From contig CM075995.1 of assembly GCA_038087875.1 (NCBI GenBank), forward strand, positions 6,016,001 to 6,080,000: a DNA stretch of 64,000 nucleotides, read 5' to 3'. The notes under the pieces were generated by a model that saw nothing but the letters and a program-made list of their open reading frames with translations, was not told the DNA's origin and did not search any database. This DNA is from Malacoraja senta (taxonomy: Eukaryota). The translations under genes and the position numbers were made by a program. Position 1 is the first letter of the stretch. Every line of letters begins with the position of its first letter. Of the stretch, positions 13,046-26,935 are shown piece after piece.

Positions 13046-13333
13046 GTGTATCCTGGTTTGATGGTCACAGCAGGCTGCATTCATTGGATTTTGAACACGC
13101 TTCATATAACAGTCCACATACGGGATGTCTGCGTCTTTCTAGCACCCGTGTTCAGTGGTCTTACGTCAATATCAACTTTTCTCCTCACAAAAGAGTTGTG
13201 GAACCAGGGGGCTGGACTACTTGCTGCCTGTTTCATCGCCATAGTGCCAGGCTATATATCTCGATCGGTAGCAGGCTCGTTTGACAATGAAGGAATAGCA
13301 ATTTTTGCATTACAGTTTACATATTACCTGTGG
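13046..13333 (+). CDS. STT3B: STT3B coding exon (ortholog of exon 3), 288 bp
   Basis: tgcAG|GTG..TGG|GTaag; [31 protein letters not shown], including the catalytic DxE motif. Confidence 0.97.
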
Positions 13334-14649
13334 GTAAGTCATCTTACAGATCCAGCTCTGAAATCTGGAGAATGTTTTTTTCCCCTCTGTGCAAAATTGA
13401 TGAGGAAGTTCCTTTTTTTGTGACGGTAGGTGATGGATAATATTGGATTGATTAAACATTAAAATTGATCTACTCATTTAAAAGTTGGAACTTGGATTTA
13501 AATTGATTTTCCTAGTTAGCAGCAAAATTACGTGGTATGGTATTTGTGTTTTCAAAACTGCTCCTGAAAATTTTTCTATGGGCTCAGATTAATTTGATAT
13601 GATTACTTTTTAACCTGTATTCAAGGGCACAGTGGTAATTCTGTTTGATCTAAAAATGGAATAAGTTCACTTTAAACTTTACAACTGCTTTGTAATCATT
13701 GGTATTAAAGGAGATTAATAACACTCTCTAATTTTGAAGTTTACATTTGATGATGTCTGTTAAAATGTAGGGAATCCGCACAGGGATGGCCGTAACTTCA
13801 GAATCCTATCCGTCAGTGCACTGGTTTTTAATTGTTTTGCTTTATTTGCATTGTCCCTGAGCCATTTTTGTTTTGCGGGTCCTGGTGATCTGGAGCCATA
13901 GATTTTTAACTCTTATAGCAAAGCTAATGAGAGGTGGAAAGTTTCTATCTTTAAATCTTTACCAAGATTCTTGGGGGAGTGATGGGGGGGAAAAATTATC
14001 AGGCTAGAAGGTAGGAAAATGGAGTTTGTCTGCAAGAAACAAAGCTGAGCTGCACCAACACTTTTTGTTTAAAAGCAGCTCCAGCACCCTGATTTAAAAA
14101 AAAAAACATGGCTAGTAGTTAAAGGGTTGTCCTATGCACGTCAGAGATACCTGCCTGAAGGGATGGTAGTTATAGACCCTTAAATCGTTAAATGATGATA
14201 CATTTTAGGGAATGTACCATGGCAACACTTTTTCATCAACCTATCTTATTGTTTTACATTCCCACAGCAAACGTTTATACAGCCATCCAATTTTGCAATC
14301 AAAATCTTGATTATATTTTAAAATGTGATATTGGCAAGCCAAGATAGTGTTTCTTCTGATTTGCCTAATCTGGGGATTAGAGTTGGAAATTGTATGTAGT
14401 ATAGATATGAGTGCCACTTATTGAACTATTTCAAACTCTATGCACATTTTGTCTGATACTGGCTGGCATTAAAATTAATTGGCTACAGATTTGTTCCCAT
14501 TATGCATTGAAAAGCTGCATTCCAGAGAAATGATGAGTGTCTGTCCTTTTATCAGTATGACATTTGACAAAGATTTACCAAGAGGCCCTGTTAAAACTGA
14601 AGTAAATGGGCATTGGAAGAAAACACTCCAATGTTAACATTTACACCAT

Positions 14650-15660
14650 AATGCCAGACATCAATCCTCTCCAGTAATCACCCACCCATTCTGTATCATT
14701 AACTCCATTGAGTATCCCTAAAACAGCCAAACTAGCTGGATCAAGTGCAGAAACACAATGACCACAAGAGCAGAGCAGAGAGGTGTCTCACCTTCTAACA
14801 AGTCAAAGCCTTTTGATCATCTGCAAAGCATAAATAAGAATGTACACACAAAAAGCTGGAGTAACTCAGCGGGACAGGCAGCATTCCTTCTTTGGTGAGA
14901 AGGAATGGGTAACATTGCGAGTTGAGACCGATTCTCGACCTGAAACGTCACCCATTTCTTCCCCCCAGAGATGCTGCCTGACCCACTGAGTCACTCCAGC
15001 TTTTTGTGTCTATCTTCGGCTTAAACCAGTATCTGCAGTTCCTTCTTACATAGATAAGAATGTGATTGATTACACTCGATTTGCATGGATGAATTCAGCT
15101 CCCAAGAATTTTTTTAAAGCTTGACAAAATCCAGAACGTAGCACCAACTTGATTGACACCACATCTACCATTCTGAACATTCATTCTCAGCACCACTAGT
15201 GCAGAGTTACTGTAGTGTTTGCAGGTTATGAAATGTGCCACATTTGCTACTCCAACAGTTCTTTCCTTGCTCATCTTCTACTGCCAAGAATGTCTGTGGG
15301 CAGCATATATGCAGACATAAGAAAGTGCAGATTCTGGAATCTTGAGCAAAGCATAAAGTGCTGGAGTGGACCAGGCAACATTTGTGGAGGGAATGGATGG
15401 GTGACGTTTTGAGTTGGGACCCTTTTTCAAACTTCAGACAACATATATGGGAAAGCCACCACTCGCATGTCCCCTACCAAGTCGTACTTGAAAATATATT
15501 CTCATTCTGTCATGGTCAATGAATCTTAAATCTTGGAAGATTCATAATGCTGTTGGATTGGGAACGCCTTTGCCAGAAGTACTGCAACAGTTAAAAGCAA
15601 ATGGTTCGCCATCATCTTTCGGAGGGCAATAATACTGGCCTTTTCATCAATGTCTGCATT
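14650..15660 (+). mobile_element. Ancient decayed CR1/L2-group LINE remnant containing younger PLE fragments
   Basis: Residual YTRFAWMNSAPK..LDKIQ..LNIHSQHH peptide; similar old LINE at about 27150-28200. Confidence 0.45.
14844..15053 (+). mobile_element. Fold-back PLE-LTR mini-element
   Basis: TSD ATAAGAATGT at 14834-14843 and 15054-15063; inverted arms of about 90 bp. Confidence 0.8.
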
Positions 15661-16399
15661 CTAAAGTAATCAACTAACAGCAATTGTTCACTGTTCCAGA
15701 TCACCAAGTTCAATTCATTATCATGACCACGATTAGGGTGAAGTGCAGCTACAATGAAAAATCTTGCTTGCAGCAGCATCACTGGCATATACTCAGACAA
15801 ACAAATTAATTCATAAATTATACATAAGTTACACATAAAAGAAAAGACTGGAAAAAACTTAATCAGAAAAAAAACAAGTCCATTGTAATGCTAGGAATGG
15901 GCTGTGGTGTTCCATTGAGGTAGGTTTAGTTTGTGCAGCTTTGTTCAAGAATCTGATAGTTTTCAGGAGAAATATTTTTTTGGTGATATAGTACACATGG
16001 ACTGGTGGCATTGTTTGATAAAGTAGGTGCTTTATCTGCCTTCTATTTAATCATTAATTTAGACAAAAATATACAATTTAGCAGCTTGGACTTTCATTGT
16101 CAGATGCAAACTCTGATGCATTTCAGTAGTTAAAATGAAACCTCATGAGGTATGAATGCTTTTGTCTGTCCCCTTTTCAACTGGCTGGACAAGATTGTGT
16201 TCACCAACCTATCAGTAACGTAGAATGTGAAGTACGGTGATCCAGTTGTAACACTGGAATAAGCAGCTCATTCTGAAGTGACAATGTACAAGAAATCTGA
16301 AATAAAACAAAATCCTGGAAACACTCAACAGGTCAAGCAGCATGTATAGGAAGAGTTTAGTTTAGTGTTGAGAAAGAGTCAATGTTTCGGGTCAAAGAC

Positions 16400-16800
16400 C
16401 TCCTAGGGCTTTATTCCTTGGAATGCAGGAGGATGAGGGGTGATCTTATAGGGGTGTGTAAGATTGAATGGAATAGACGGGATAAATGCACAGAGTCTTT
16501 TACGCAGAGTAGGGGATCAAGAACCAGGGGACATAGGCTTGGGGGGAGGGCAGAGATTTAATAGGAACCTGAGGGGCAAATTATTTACAAAAGGATAGTG
16601 GGTATATGGAACGAGCTGTCAGAGGAGGTAGTTGAGGCAGGTACTATCACAACATTTAAAAGATATTTGGATAGGTACATGGATAGGATAGGTTTAGAAG
16701 GATATGGGCCAAATGCGGTCAGTTGAAACTAGTATAGGTGGGACATGTTGGTCGGCGTTGGAAAATTGGGCCGAAGGGCTGTTTCCATGCTGTACGACTG
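16400..16800 (+). mobile_element. CR1 LINE 3' fragment
   Basis: Similarity to other CR1 3' ends in the window. Confidence 0.8.
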
Positions 16801-17010
16801 ACTGTGACCTTCATCAGGAGTTTTTGGTGCTTCCTGGGCGCTATGAAATGCAATATTAATGCATGATATTTTGAATGAATCTGTCCCACTTTGCGGAAAA
16901 GCAAAGATTTTAAATTTGTTTCCCGTAATTTAAAGAATTGAACAGGACCAAATTGCTGGGTTTACTTTATTTTTTATCACTGTCACCAAATATTACCTGG
17001 AAAAATTATT

Positions 17011-17081
17011 GGTAGACAAAAATGCTGGAGAAACTCAGTGGGTGAGGCAGCATCTATGGGGCGAAAGAAGTAGGCAACTTT
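17011..17081 (-). mobile_element. 71-bp PLE-LTR fragment insertion
   Basis: TSD GAAAAATTATT at 17000-17010 and 17082-17092. Confidence 0.7.
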
Positions 17082-18134
17082 GAAAAATTATTTATCATTT
17101 GAAATTTCTCAAATGAATTCAGTGATTCAGTGGAGCCACGTAGCAAACCTTAACTGAAACACAAGCAAGTTTGAACCTAGTATATGAAATTTCTGTCACT
17201 CTCCCATATAGAAGACAAGAGAAACATTGTCACATCTGATTCTAGGGATGTGGAATTGTTGAGATAAAACAAGATTGCGTGGAGTCCTGCGGGTTCAGAG
17301 TTGATGGTAAAATGGCAGGACGTAGGTGTTTTATTTTTAACCGGGAGAAATTTACCTTTGTTGATGAAGTTATAAAAAAGTGAAAAGGAGGAAGGAGAAA
17401 ATAAATCCTAGCTCTTCCTTTTTTCCATTGCTTACTGCTTTTGAACCCTGGGATGCACTTTTGAACAACTAATAACGGAAGAATATAGGCAATGAATGGG
17501 AAAGCCCTTGTAATTTTGGGGAACAAGAATCCCTGGTGGCAGCATAAGTAGATAAGCTGATGAAGAAGGCATGTGGGATAATTGACTTCATGGTAAAACT
17601 TTTAAGTTATTGTAAAACTTTATAAAACACTGCCAAAAGCCATAGTAGAGTAATTCAAAATTCCCCAAAAAGAAGTGATTCAGTCTGAAGAAAGGTCATG
17701 ACGCAAAACACGTCAGCTATTTCCCTTTACAGATGCAGCCTGACCTGCTGAGTTCCTACTTCCTACAGCACTTTAATTTGACACAAATGACAATAAAACA
17801 CTCTTGACTCGTATTGATGTGGTAAAGGATGGGTAGGAGTGCTCGTTAAGTGGAATTATCAGTCAGGATGGGGCCCAATACAGAAAGCACAAATACCAAG
17901 GCTGCACATTGAATGCAAAGTCCCAACAGAATACCTGTGGTCAAAGGGAATTAATTATCACTGTGAACCAGACTTCAGACAGGTTCTGTATGTCAATAGA
18001 TTTATCAAAGTTGAGGTTGTGAATCCGGTTGACTTTACTTACAATAGAGCAAACACCCATGGTTGGTGAATATTGAATAAGAATTTAATTCACTATGTAG
18101 TCTATAGAGGAAAAAAATCTATACACCGTGGCAT

Positions 18135-20357
18135 AATATAATTTGGCGAAGGTCAGAACTGGACCAAGGGTTGAGATTTTTGATTGGAGAAAGGGTAACT
18201 TTGAGGAGATGCGAAAGGATTTAAAAGGAGTGAATTGGGACATTTTGTTTTATGGGAAGGATGTAGAAGAGAAATGGAGGACATTTAAAGGTGAAATTTT
18301 AAGAGTACAGAATCTTTATGTCCCTTTTCAGTTGAAAGGAAATAGTAATAATTGGACAGAGCCATGGTTTTCAAGGGAAATTGGACACTTGGTTCGGAAA
18401 AAGAGAGAGATCTACAATAATTATAGGCAGCATGGAGTAAATGAGGTGCTTGAGGAGTATAAAGAATGTAAAAAGAATCTTAAGAAAGAAATTAGAAAAG
18501 CTAAAAGAAGATATGAGGCTGCTTTGGCAAGTAAGGTGAAAGTAAATCCAAAGAGTTTCTACAGCTATATTAATAGCAAAATGATAACGAGGGATAAAAT
18601 TGGTCCATTAGAGAGTCAGAGTGGACAGCTATCTGCAGAGCCAAAAGAGATGGGGGAGATATTGAACAATTTCTTTTCTTTGGTATTCACCAAGGAGAAG
18701 GATATTGAATTATGTGAAGTAAGGGAAACAAGTAGAGTAGCTATGGAAACTATGAGATTCAAAGAAGAGGAAGTACTGACACTTTTGAAAAATATAAAAG
18801 TGGATAAGTCTCCAGGTCCGGACAGGATATTCCCGAGGACATTGAGGGAAGTTAGTGTAGAAATAGCAGGGGCTATGACATAAATATTTCAAATGTCATT
18901 AGAAACGGAAATGGTGCCGGAGGATTGGCGTACTGCGCATGTTGTTCCATTGTTTAAAAAGGGTTCTAAGAGTAAACCTAGCAATTATAGACCTGTTAGT
19001 TTGAAGTCAGTGGTGGGCAATTTAATGTAAAGGATACTTAGAGATAATATATATAAGCATCTGGATAAACAGGGTCTGATTAGGAACAGTCAACATGGAT
19101 TTGTGCCTGGAAGGCCATGTTTGACTAATCTTCTTGAATTTTTTGAAGAGGTTACTAGGGAAATTGATGAGGGTAAAGCAGTGGATGTTGTCTATATGGA
19201 CTTCAGTAAGGCCTTTGACAAGGTTCCACATGGAAGGATGGTTAAGAAGGTTCAATTGTTGGGTATTAATGGTGGAGTAGCAAGATGGATTCAACAGTGG
19301 CTGAATGGGAGATGCCAGAGAGTAATGGTGCATGGCTGTTTGTCAGGTTGGAGGTCGGTGACTAGTGGGGTGCCTCAGGGATCTGTGTTGGGACCACTGT
19401 TGTTTGTCATATACATCAATGATCTGGATGATGGTGTGGTAAATTGGATTAGTAAGTATGCAGATGATACTAAGATGGGTGGTGTTGTGGGTAATGAAGT
19501 AGAGTTTCAAAGTCTACAGAGAGATTTAGGCCATTTGGAAGAGTGGGCTAAAAGATGGCAGATGGAGTTTAATGCTGATAAGTGTGAGGTGCTACATCTT
19601 GGCAGGACAAATCAAAATAGGACGTACATGGTAAATGGTAGCGAATTGAGGAATGCTGTTGAACAGAGGGATCTCGGAATAACTGTGCATAGTTCCCTGA
19701 AGGTGGAATCTCATGTAGATAGGGTGGTAAAGAAAGCTTTTGATGTGCTGGCCTTTATAAATCAGAGCATTGAGTTTAGAAGTTGGGATGTAATGTTAAA
19801 ATTGTACAAGGCATTGGTGAGGCCAATTCTGGAGTATGGTGTACAGTTATGGTCGCCAAATTATAGGAAAGATGTCAACAAAATAGAGAGAGTACAGAGC
19901 AGATTTACTAGAATGTTGCCTGGGTTTCAGCAACTAAGTTACAGAGAAAGATTGAACAAGTTAGGTCTTTATTCTTTGGAGCGCAGAAGGTTAAGGGGGG
20001 ACTTGATAGAGGTCTTTAAAATGATGAGAGGGATAGACAGAGTTGACGTGGATAAGCTTTTTTCATTGAGAGTAGGGAAGATTCAAACAAGAGGACATGA
20101 TTTGAGAATTAAGGGACAGAAGCTTAGGGGTAACATGAGGGGGTACTTCTTTACTCAGAGAGTGGCAGCTGTGTGGAATGAGCTCCCAGTGGAAATGGTG
20201 GAGGCAGGTTCGATTTTATCATTTAAAAATAAATTGGATAGGTATATGGACGGGAAAGGAATGGAGGGTTATGGTCTGAGTGCAGGTAGATAGGACTAGG
20301 TGAGAATAAGTGTTCTGCACGGACTATAAGGGCCGAGATGGCCTGTTTCCGTGCTGT
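18135..20357 (+). mobile_element. Young CR1 LINE, 5'-truncated ORF2 with RT (premature stops at about 18881 and 19027)
   Basis: ORFs 18143-18883 and 19103-20293 with PQGSVLGP and YADD; 3' UTR continuing to a (TTATATGG)n tail at about 20378. Confidence 0.95.
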
Positions 20358-20859
20358 AATTGTTATATGGTTATATGGGATAGCCTTTAAATTCTGTTCA
20401 AAGACAAACTGCAATCCATTACTAAATTGCACTCATTTTTCTTACCTTATTGCTTTCATGGCATGCATCTTGAATGTTTATCTTAAAGTCAAATCACTTT
20501 TTTCAAAGCGATTGAACACAATATTTCACTAGACTTGTTGGCAGTAAAGTGATTTAAAAGGAACTTCAGTCCCTCAGGATTAAGGAAGCAGAATGTACAT
20601 AAAACTTTTGTCATATCTCTTACTAGTTTGGAAATATGTCAAGAAATCTTAGAAAAGAAACCTCATCTATCTGTTCAGAGCTCTTCTCTGTTCAGAAAAT
20701 TTTGCATGCTGCAAAATACAAAGCTAGAAGCAATAGTGGGCTGATGATAGAAATGGTGCCAGCCACAGTTTTGGTGACGAGAAAGATATTTATTCCCACC
20801 ATAGGCGTCACACCTGAGATATTTCCAACTTCTTTTTTAAAAAAAACACTGACAAAGTC

Positions 20860-21125
20860 TTACCCAGGGTAGGGGAATGCGAGAGGGGCAAAATTTAATA
20901 CGAATCTGAGGGCCAACTGTTTCCACTCAAAGGGTGGTGGGTATATGGAACAAACTGCCATAGGCGGTCGTTGAGCCAGATACTATAACAGCATTTAAAA
21001 GACTCTTCGATGGCTACATTGCTATGAAAGGCTTAGAGGGGCGTGCCAAACGGGACGAGCTTAGATGGGGGACCTTGGTTGGCATGGACGGGCTGGGCCG
21101 AAGGGGCTGTTTCTGTGCTCCATCA
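20860..21125 (+). mobile_element. CR1 3' fragment, degenerate
   Basis: Similarity to CR1 3' ends. Confidence 0.65.
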
Positions 21126-23129
21126 CTCAAATTATTCTAAAAAATGACTGGATTAAAATAAAAGTGAATATCTACATTCATAGCAGTAATACCTCCCAAT
21201 ACAGAGCAAAATGTAATTGTGTGGTGCCTGACTACAGACCAAAAGATGAAAATTAGAACTTGTTTATGGGTGGTGGCGATAAGATGGTAATTATGTTTAT
21301 CACAAGGCTCAAAGGAGTTCAAATAGGTTAAGTCATTTGAAGACTTCTGAGAACAGGCCTCTTAGAATTATCAATAGAATTTCAGAAGTATAATGCCAGA
21401 ATGCGAAGTGCTTGCACAGTAGCCATGGAAATTGTCTAAAAACTATATTTTCTCAATAATTTAACAATAATTGTCTAAAAACAATATTTTCTCCTCCGCA
21501 ATATTATTACAAGCAGTCGAATACTGGGTTAAGTTCCTGAGGATATGTCACTGGTGTTAATGATGAAAGTAATTAGGGGAGTAAATTGAAAGTATCAGTG
21601 GAGAAAACTAAAGCAATAACATCAGTGCAAGTAATCTGCAATTTCTTCCCTTTCTTGCCATTGTGGTTACGATAATTCCCATTCATTGATATTAATTTGA
21701 GGCTTATGCCACTTATTCGATTTCCCACTTCCATCAGCGATGTAAAAAAATAGCATTACCTATGTTATTCATGCGTAAAAAATAACAATGTACTGAAATA
21801 TAAAGCATGATTACTGAAAATGCAATTATCTATAAACATTTAAGGTGTTTTGCAGATTATGGTAGTGGAAAGATATTGATTGCACTGGAGGAGGTGCAGA
21901 GATGACTTACAAAGATACAGCCTGACTGGAAAATGTAGCTCTGAGGAAAGATTATTTTCTTTGTAACAGGAAGTTAAAGAGATACTTAATTGAAGAACCT
22001 ATTTTCTGACTCGGGGGTTAAAGTTAGCATGAATCGAATTAAAGTAATTGGATTAGAGGGAAATTTAGGAATAAAAATTTCACTCGTGGTGATGAAGACC
22101 TGAAATGCACTCCCTGAAAGCATGATAGAGTTAGAAACCGCATCACATTTAAACACTACTTGATTTGTACTTGAAGAGCCACGACTGGCAAGATTAGAGA
22201 CCTAGGGGTAGAAGATGCAACTAACTAGGTTAGGCAAGTCTTTTTTAACCAGCAGAGATGTGATGAGACAAATGGCTTTCTTTAAAAATCTTCTTCAATT
22301 CTATTCATTGATATTCCTTTAAAATTAAAATGGAAAACGATGAAGATGATCTGGCAACATATGTTGGAAAATAAACAGTTTGCATCTCGAGCAGATGACC
22401 TTTCACCAAGCACGAGAAATGCTGCAGAAAGGGGTGGGATAGAGTGGCAGAGCGTTGTGCCATTAATGTACTTTGCAGCGGTGACGCCTTAATGCAGCAC
22501 TCATTGAAATTGAGTAACTCGGATGCAATTTCCGTAATAAGCACATTATCTATTAAATGGTCAAATGGGTTCGCTTGAAAATTAAAGCACAAAACAAACC
22601 TTCATAGGTCAACTTGCCTACTCCTGGAATTAATCATGTGCCTCTAATGCAAGTATATCCTTGTTTAAATTAGAAATCAAAAGAGCATGAAGTATGTTAG
22701 GTGTTGTGTTGGTTGTGCCTATACAGTCATAGCAACATTTCCACATATTTGTACAGCATCCCCTTTTCAATAAACGTCTACATTTCACTGACTTTTCAAA
22801 TAGATGTTCTACCTGCATGTTAATTGTGTTTACTGAGGTATTTAGCAGTCCAGTCTATGGAAGGAAATAATTGGTAGAGATCTTGCTATTGATTTCCACA
22901 ACATGTAAATGTTCTCCATGTAAACAATATTATTTTCTAATCTTCCAACCAAAGGGGATAACCTCACATTGCCTCGCATTATGCCCCATCCAACAAATTT
23001 ATATTTAGTTGGTTAACCCATCTACATCCTCATGCAGACTTTATCATCCTTTCCAGGTACAATTTGCACTTCTTTGGAAAGCCCACCAAAGCCATGGCAC
23101 CAATCGATAACCCATTCACATTGGTTCTA

Positions 23130-23348
23130 TGTTATCCCGCTTTCGCATCTTATATATTCAATTTTTTAGCGACCAATTAACGTATGATCCCGCAGGTTTT
23201 TGAGATGTGGAAGAAAACTCATGCACCCGGAGGAAACCCACGCAGTCACGGGGAGAATGTGCAAACTCCACACGGACAGACCTACGTTCACAATTGAACC
23301 CGGGTGTCTGGTGCTGAGAGGCAGCACCACTGCACCACTGTGCTGCCC
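23130..23348 (-). mobile_element. V-SINE copy
   Basis: Reverse complement of the tRNA head and V-domain. Confidence 0.7.
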
Positions 23349-23549
23349 TCATAGCTTCCTGTGTGATCAGGAAATTTGGTTGCAATACACTTGGTCATGG
23401 AGTCATAGAATTGCACAACACAGGAAAATGTATAATGCACATCATGTCCTTGCCGACCATCAAGTGTCTACCTCTACTAATCACATATTCCAGCACTATG
23501 TCCATATCTTTCTTGATGTTGCTGATTCAAGTGCACATCTAGATACATA

Positions 23550-24610
23550 AGTCAGAGGGTAGTTAATCTGTGGAACTCATTGCCACAGAGGGCTGTAGAG
23601 GCCAAGGCCAAGTCAGTGAATATTTTTAAGGCAGAGATAGACAGGTTCTTGATTAGAACTGGTGTCAAAGGTTATGGGGAGAAGGCAGGGATTAGGTGGC
23701 AGAGATCAGCCATGATTGAATGGCGGAGTAGACTCGATGGGCCGAATGTCCCAATTCTACTCCTATAACTTGAGAACTTAAATGCTGTGAGAGTGCCTGT
23801 TCTCCACTCAGCCATGCGTACTAGTTCATAACCACGCTGGGTGAAAGCATTCTTCCTCATGTTTCTTCTCACCTCCTACCACAAGTCTATGCCGTCTGAT
23901 TTTAGGCACCTCCGCTATGCGGAAAGGATTCTTACTATCCACTTTTCCGATGCTTCTTGTAATTTTCCAATTGTTCCTCTTCGGCTGCCTCTGCTCCAAA
24001 GAAAACAAACCCAACTTATCCAGTCACTCTATATAACAATTGTCATTTACTTTTCCAATGCAATCATGTCCTTCCTTGGTATATTGATCAGAACTGCACA
24101 TACTTCAGCCTAATTAGTGTTTTATCGATTTGTACCATAACTTCTCTGCATTTATATTTTTATGCCTTTGCACTAATTAGGATTAAATTCTGTCTGCCGT
24201 TGACCCAATAGATTCATTTCACCAACTGATCATCATCACCTGTAACCTACGACTCATACTTGCCATCAAATTTTATATCATCTGAAAATTTACTAATCAT
24301 CCCTCCTGCATTCATATCCAAATGGTTAATGTATATAACCAACAGTAAGAGTTCCAACTGTAATCTATGTGGTAGATCAAACATTGTAGATTTCCTATCA
24401 CAAAAACAACCCTCCACCATTATACTCAGCTTTCCATTATCAAGTCAATTCTGAATCCAATTTATCAACTTGCCCTGACTTAAATGGGCTCTAATCTTTT
24501 GGACCAGTCTCCCATGTGGTACATTGTCAAAGGCCTAACCTATCCTGAAGTCCATGTAGATTACATCACCCTCACCAATATATTTTGTTGTTTCTTCAAA
24601 AAAATTCTAG
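23550..24610. mobile_element. CR1 fragments: + strand 3' end (23550-23775) and an old - strand RT remnant (23780-24610)
   Basis: PQRAVEAKSVNIFKAEIDRFL; decayed RT motifs on the - strand. Confidence 0.6.
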
Positions 24611-25757
24611 ATAATGCATAGCGTCAATGGAACAGTACAAATTACTGTTATGTTAAGGCTCATCATTGGAGCTAGACTGAGAAATATACATGCATTTTTA
24701 AGAAGAAGATGTTCAAGTAAACTCTGTTTTAGTGTCCAATACCATGATATATGCTTTGATGGATGCAGCAATAATGCTGATCCTAGCGGCATAAAGCATT
24801 TGCCATCATTTAGATGCTTTCACCTGCCTCGTTTCTTCACCAAATCTTGTATCGCTTTGTTATCCTTCAACTGGAACAATGCAAAGCACCGTGACTCTTC
24901 ATTTAATACCTTGCTTCTGCACGTTAATAATGGTTGTATCAGTGTAATCTGTGTGTTCCTCAAGAAAGTAGATGGTCTTCATTTCACTGAGCTGGGCTTG
25001 CCATCCACGCATTGCAAAAATATGCTATTCTTCTGAATTTGCAGAAACTTAACCCTGAAGAACATATTTATGGCACATTCCAGACCCGTTTGTTAAGGTC
25101 CAAAGTGGGACTTAAAAAGTCCCAATGAAATTAATGAAAAAGTCATTAATACATCAAACAAATTAAATGAAATAATTTGAAAATATCTACAACATTTTTA
25201 AATATTTGGAAACTTCACAGTAAACATAGTTTTAAAAAATTGAAGCCTAACCTTACTTTCCTTTACTCCACATAAGTGTATATATTCCATTCGTATGAAT
25301 GAGTTGGTGGATTACATTGCCAAATCTAACATGGTACGTAATTTGAGAGCAGATGCCATGTTTGTAGCTGCTGAGCAACTCCAACAAGCTCCTACTCCAC
25401 CAAAACCAGACAGGCTGGGGTCAATGGAGATTTTTTTTATTATTTACTTGAAATATTTTTCTTTTATGCTCTAAATCACTGTACAAACTAGATATTCCTC
25501 TTCATTTAGTTTTTACTTTTAAGTTACCAAAATAGCATAGTGGTCTAAGGAAGATTGATCACTTCAAGTCGAAACAGTTGTTGGTGCTGTTTCTTGCGTG
25601 AAAATAGGCTATGACTGACATATTGAATACTACATGTTTTGAGCAGAGCTCTGAATTGTATCAGATACAAACAATGGAGAAAAGTTTGATCTGATCTTGG
25701 GATTCTTTTTTGGTTTAAAACTCAAAAATCTTAAACCCGATAACCTGAAAGCGGTAC

Positions 25758-26425
25758 AGGGTGGCGCCGAGATGGCAGCCTCACCAGCAGCCTGTGTGTT
25801 ATTTTGACTTTTTTTGTTATTTTTAGTGTGTTTAAAATGTATGTTTTAATTTGTCTTGGTATGTCTTATGTGGGGGGTGGGGAATAGGGGGAAACCGTTT
25901 TCAGTCACTACCTCGACAGCGATGTGATCTTTTTCCGTCCCGTTCCCCCCCCCCCCCCAACAACTGGATTGGTGCGGCCTTTCCTGGAGACCAGCCCGGA
26001 GCTTCAAGCCGCAAGCGCGGCACGGACTTACCATCGCGGAGCGGGCGAACCTTTGCCGAGGATCGCCAGTGAAGGATCTCCGACCGCGGGGCCTGTGGAC
26101 TTTATCCCTATGAAGCCCGCGGTCTCCGGTAAGAAAAGGCCGACTCGGGAGTGTTCCGATCTGTCCCGATGCCGGAGTTTCCATCATCCCGACGAGAGGG
26201 CTTGAACAGCGGACCGTCGCCAAAGGCCCCGACCATGGGTGAACAAAGGAGGAAGATGACTGAACTTTTTTGCTTTCCATCACAGTGAGTAATGTTGATT
26301 CCACTGTGGTGGATGTTTATGTTAAATTTTTTGTGTATTGCGTTCTTTTTACTTGTATGGCTGTATGGTAATTCAAATATCACTGTACCTTAATTGGTGC
26401 GTGACAATAAATGTGAATTTGAACT
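25758..26425 (+). mobile_element. Non-coding GC-rich interspersed repeat with Rex1-like 3' tail
   Basis: Ends CACTGTACCTTAATTGGTGCGTGACAATAAA, like the Rex1 tails at about 8070 and (reverse complement) about 7000 and 38580. Confidence 0.5.
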
Positions 26426-26869
26426 ACTTGGAATGTGACTTCATTTTTAGTAAGAAGAGGAGGAGAATAAGGAAGATAAGGAGAATAAGTAAGATTTTTC
26501 AGTGGAGTTCCCAAGGCTTCCAAATTTTTAACTTTGCAGTTAACCTTTTTGTCATTAGCCCTCATCCCTTACACCATATAGAATTGCTGTATTTCACACA
26601 ATTGCTGGAATAAATTGTACTATCCTACAGCAGGTTATCTGTATTTTTGCATGTTTTATGTTCTTTTTGCAGAAAGTTCAAAATTTCCTATCATTTATGT
26701 TAATCATGTTAATTTGTTTTTGGCGACTGACCTGCATTTTTCAGGATGTATCAGTGGTTTTGAATCAAAAGAGTGAAAAAATAAGTTTCTGTTGCCTTTT
26801 AATGATGAAAGATATGCAGTAATTCTTTAGTTCTAATGTTTAGCTTAATCTTTGCATTATTCATTTTAG

Positions 26870-26935
26870 GTAAAATCTGTGAAAACAGGATCAGTTTTCT
26901 GGACTATATGTTGCTGCTTGTCCTACTTTTACATG
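26870..26935 (+). CDS. STT3B: STT3B coding exon (ortholog of exon 4), 66 bp
   Basis: tttAG|GTA..ATG|GTaag; VKSVKTGSVFWTICCCLSYFYM (absent from the ORF track). Confidence 0.95.

Noticed and set aside
13013..13423. ORF-track proteins overlapping STT3B exons as standalone genes
   Set aside because: They are exon plus intron read-through; splice sites and phases define the real CDS.
14530..14600. Box C (ATGATGA) and box D (CTGA) about 70 nt apart as a C/D snoRNA
   Set aside because: No terminal stem and no recognisable rRNA or snRNA guide complementarity.
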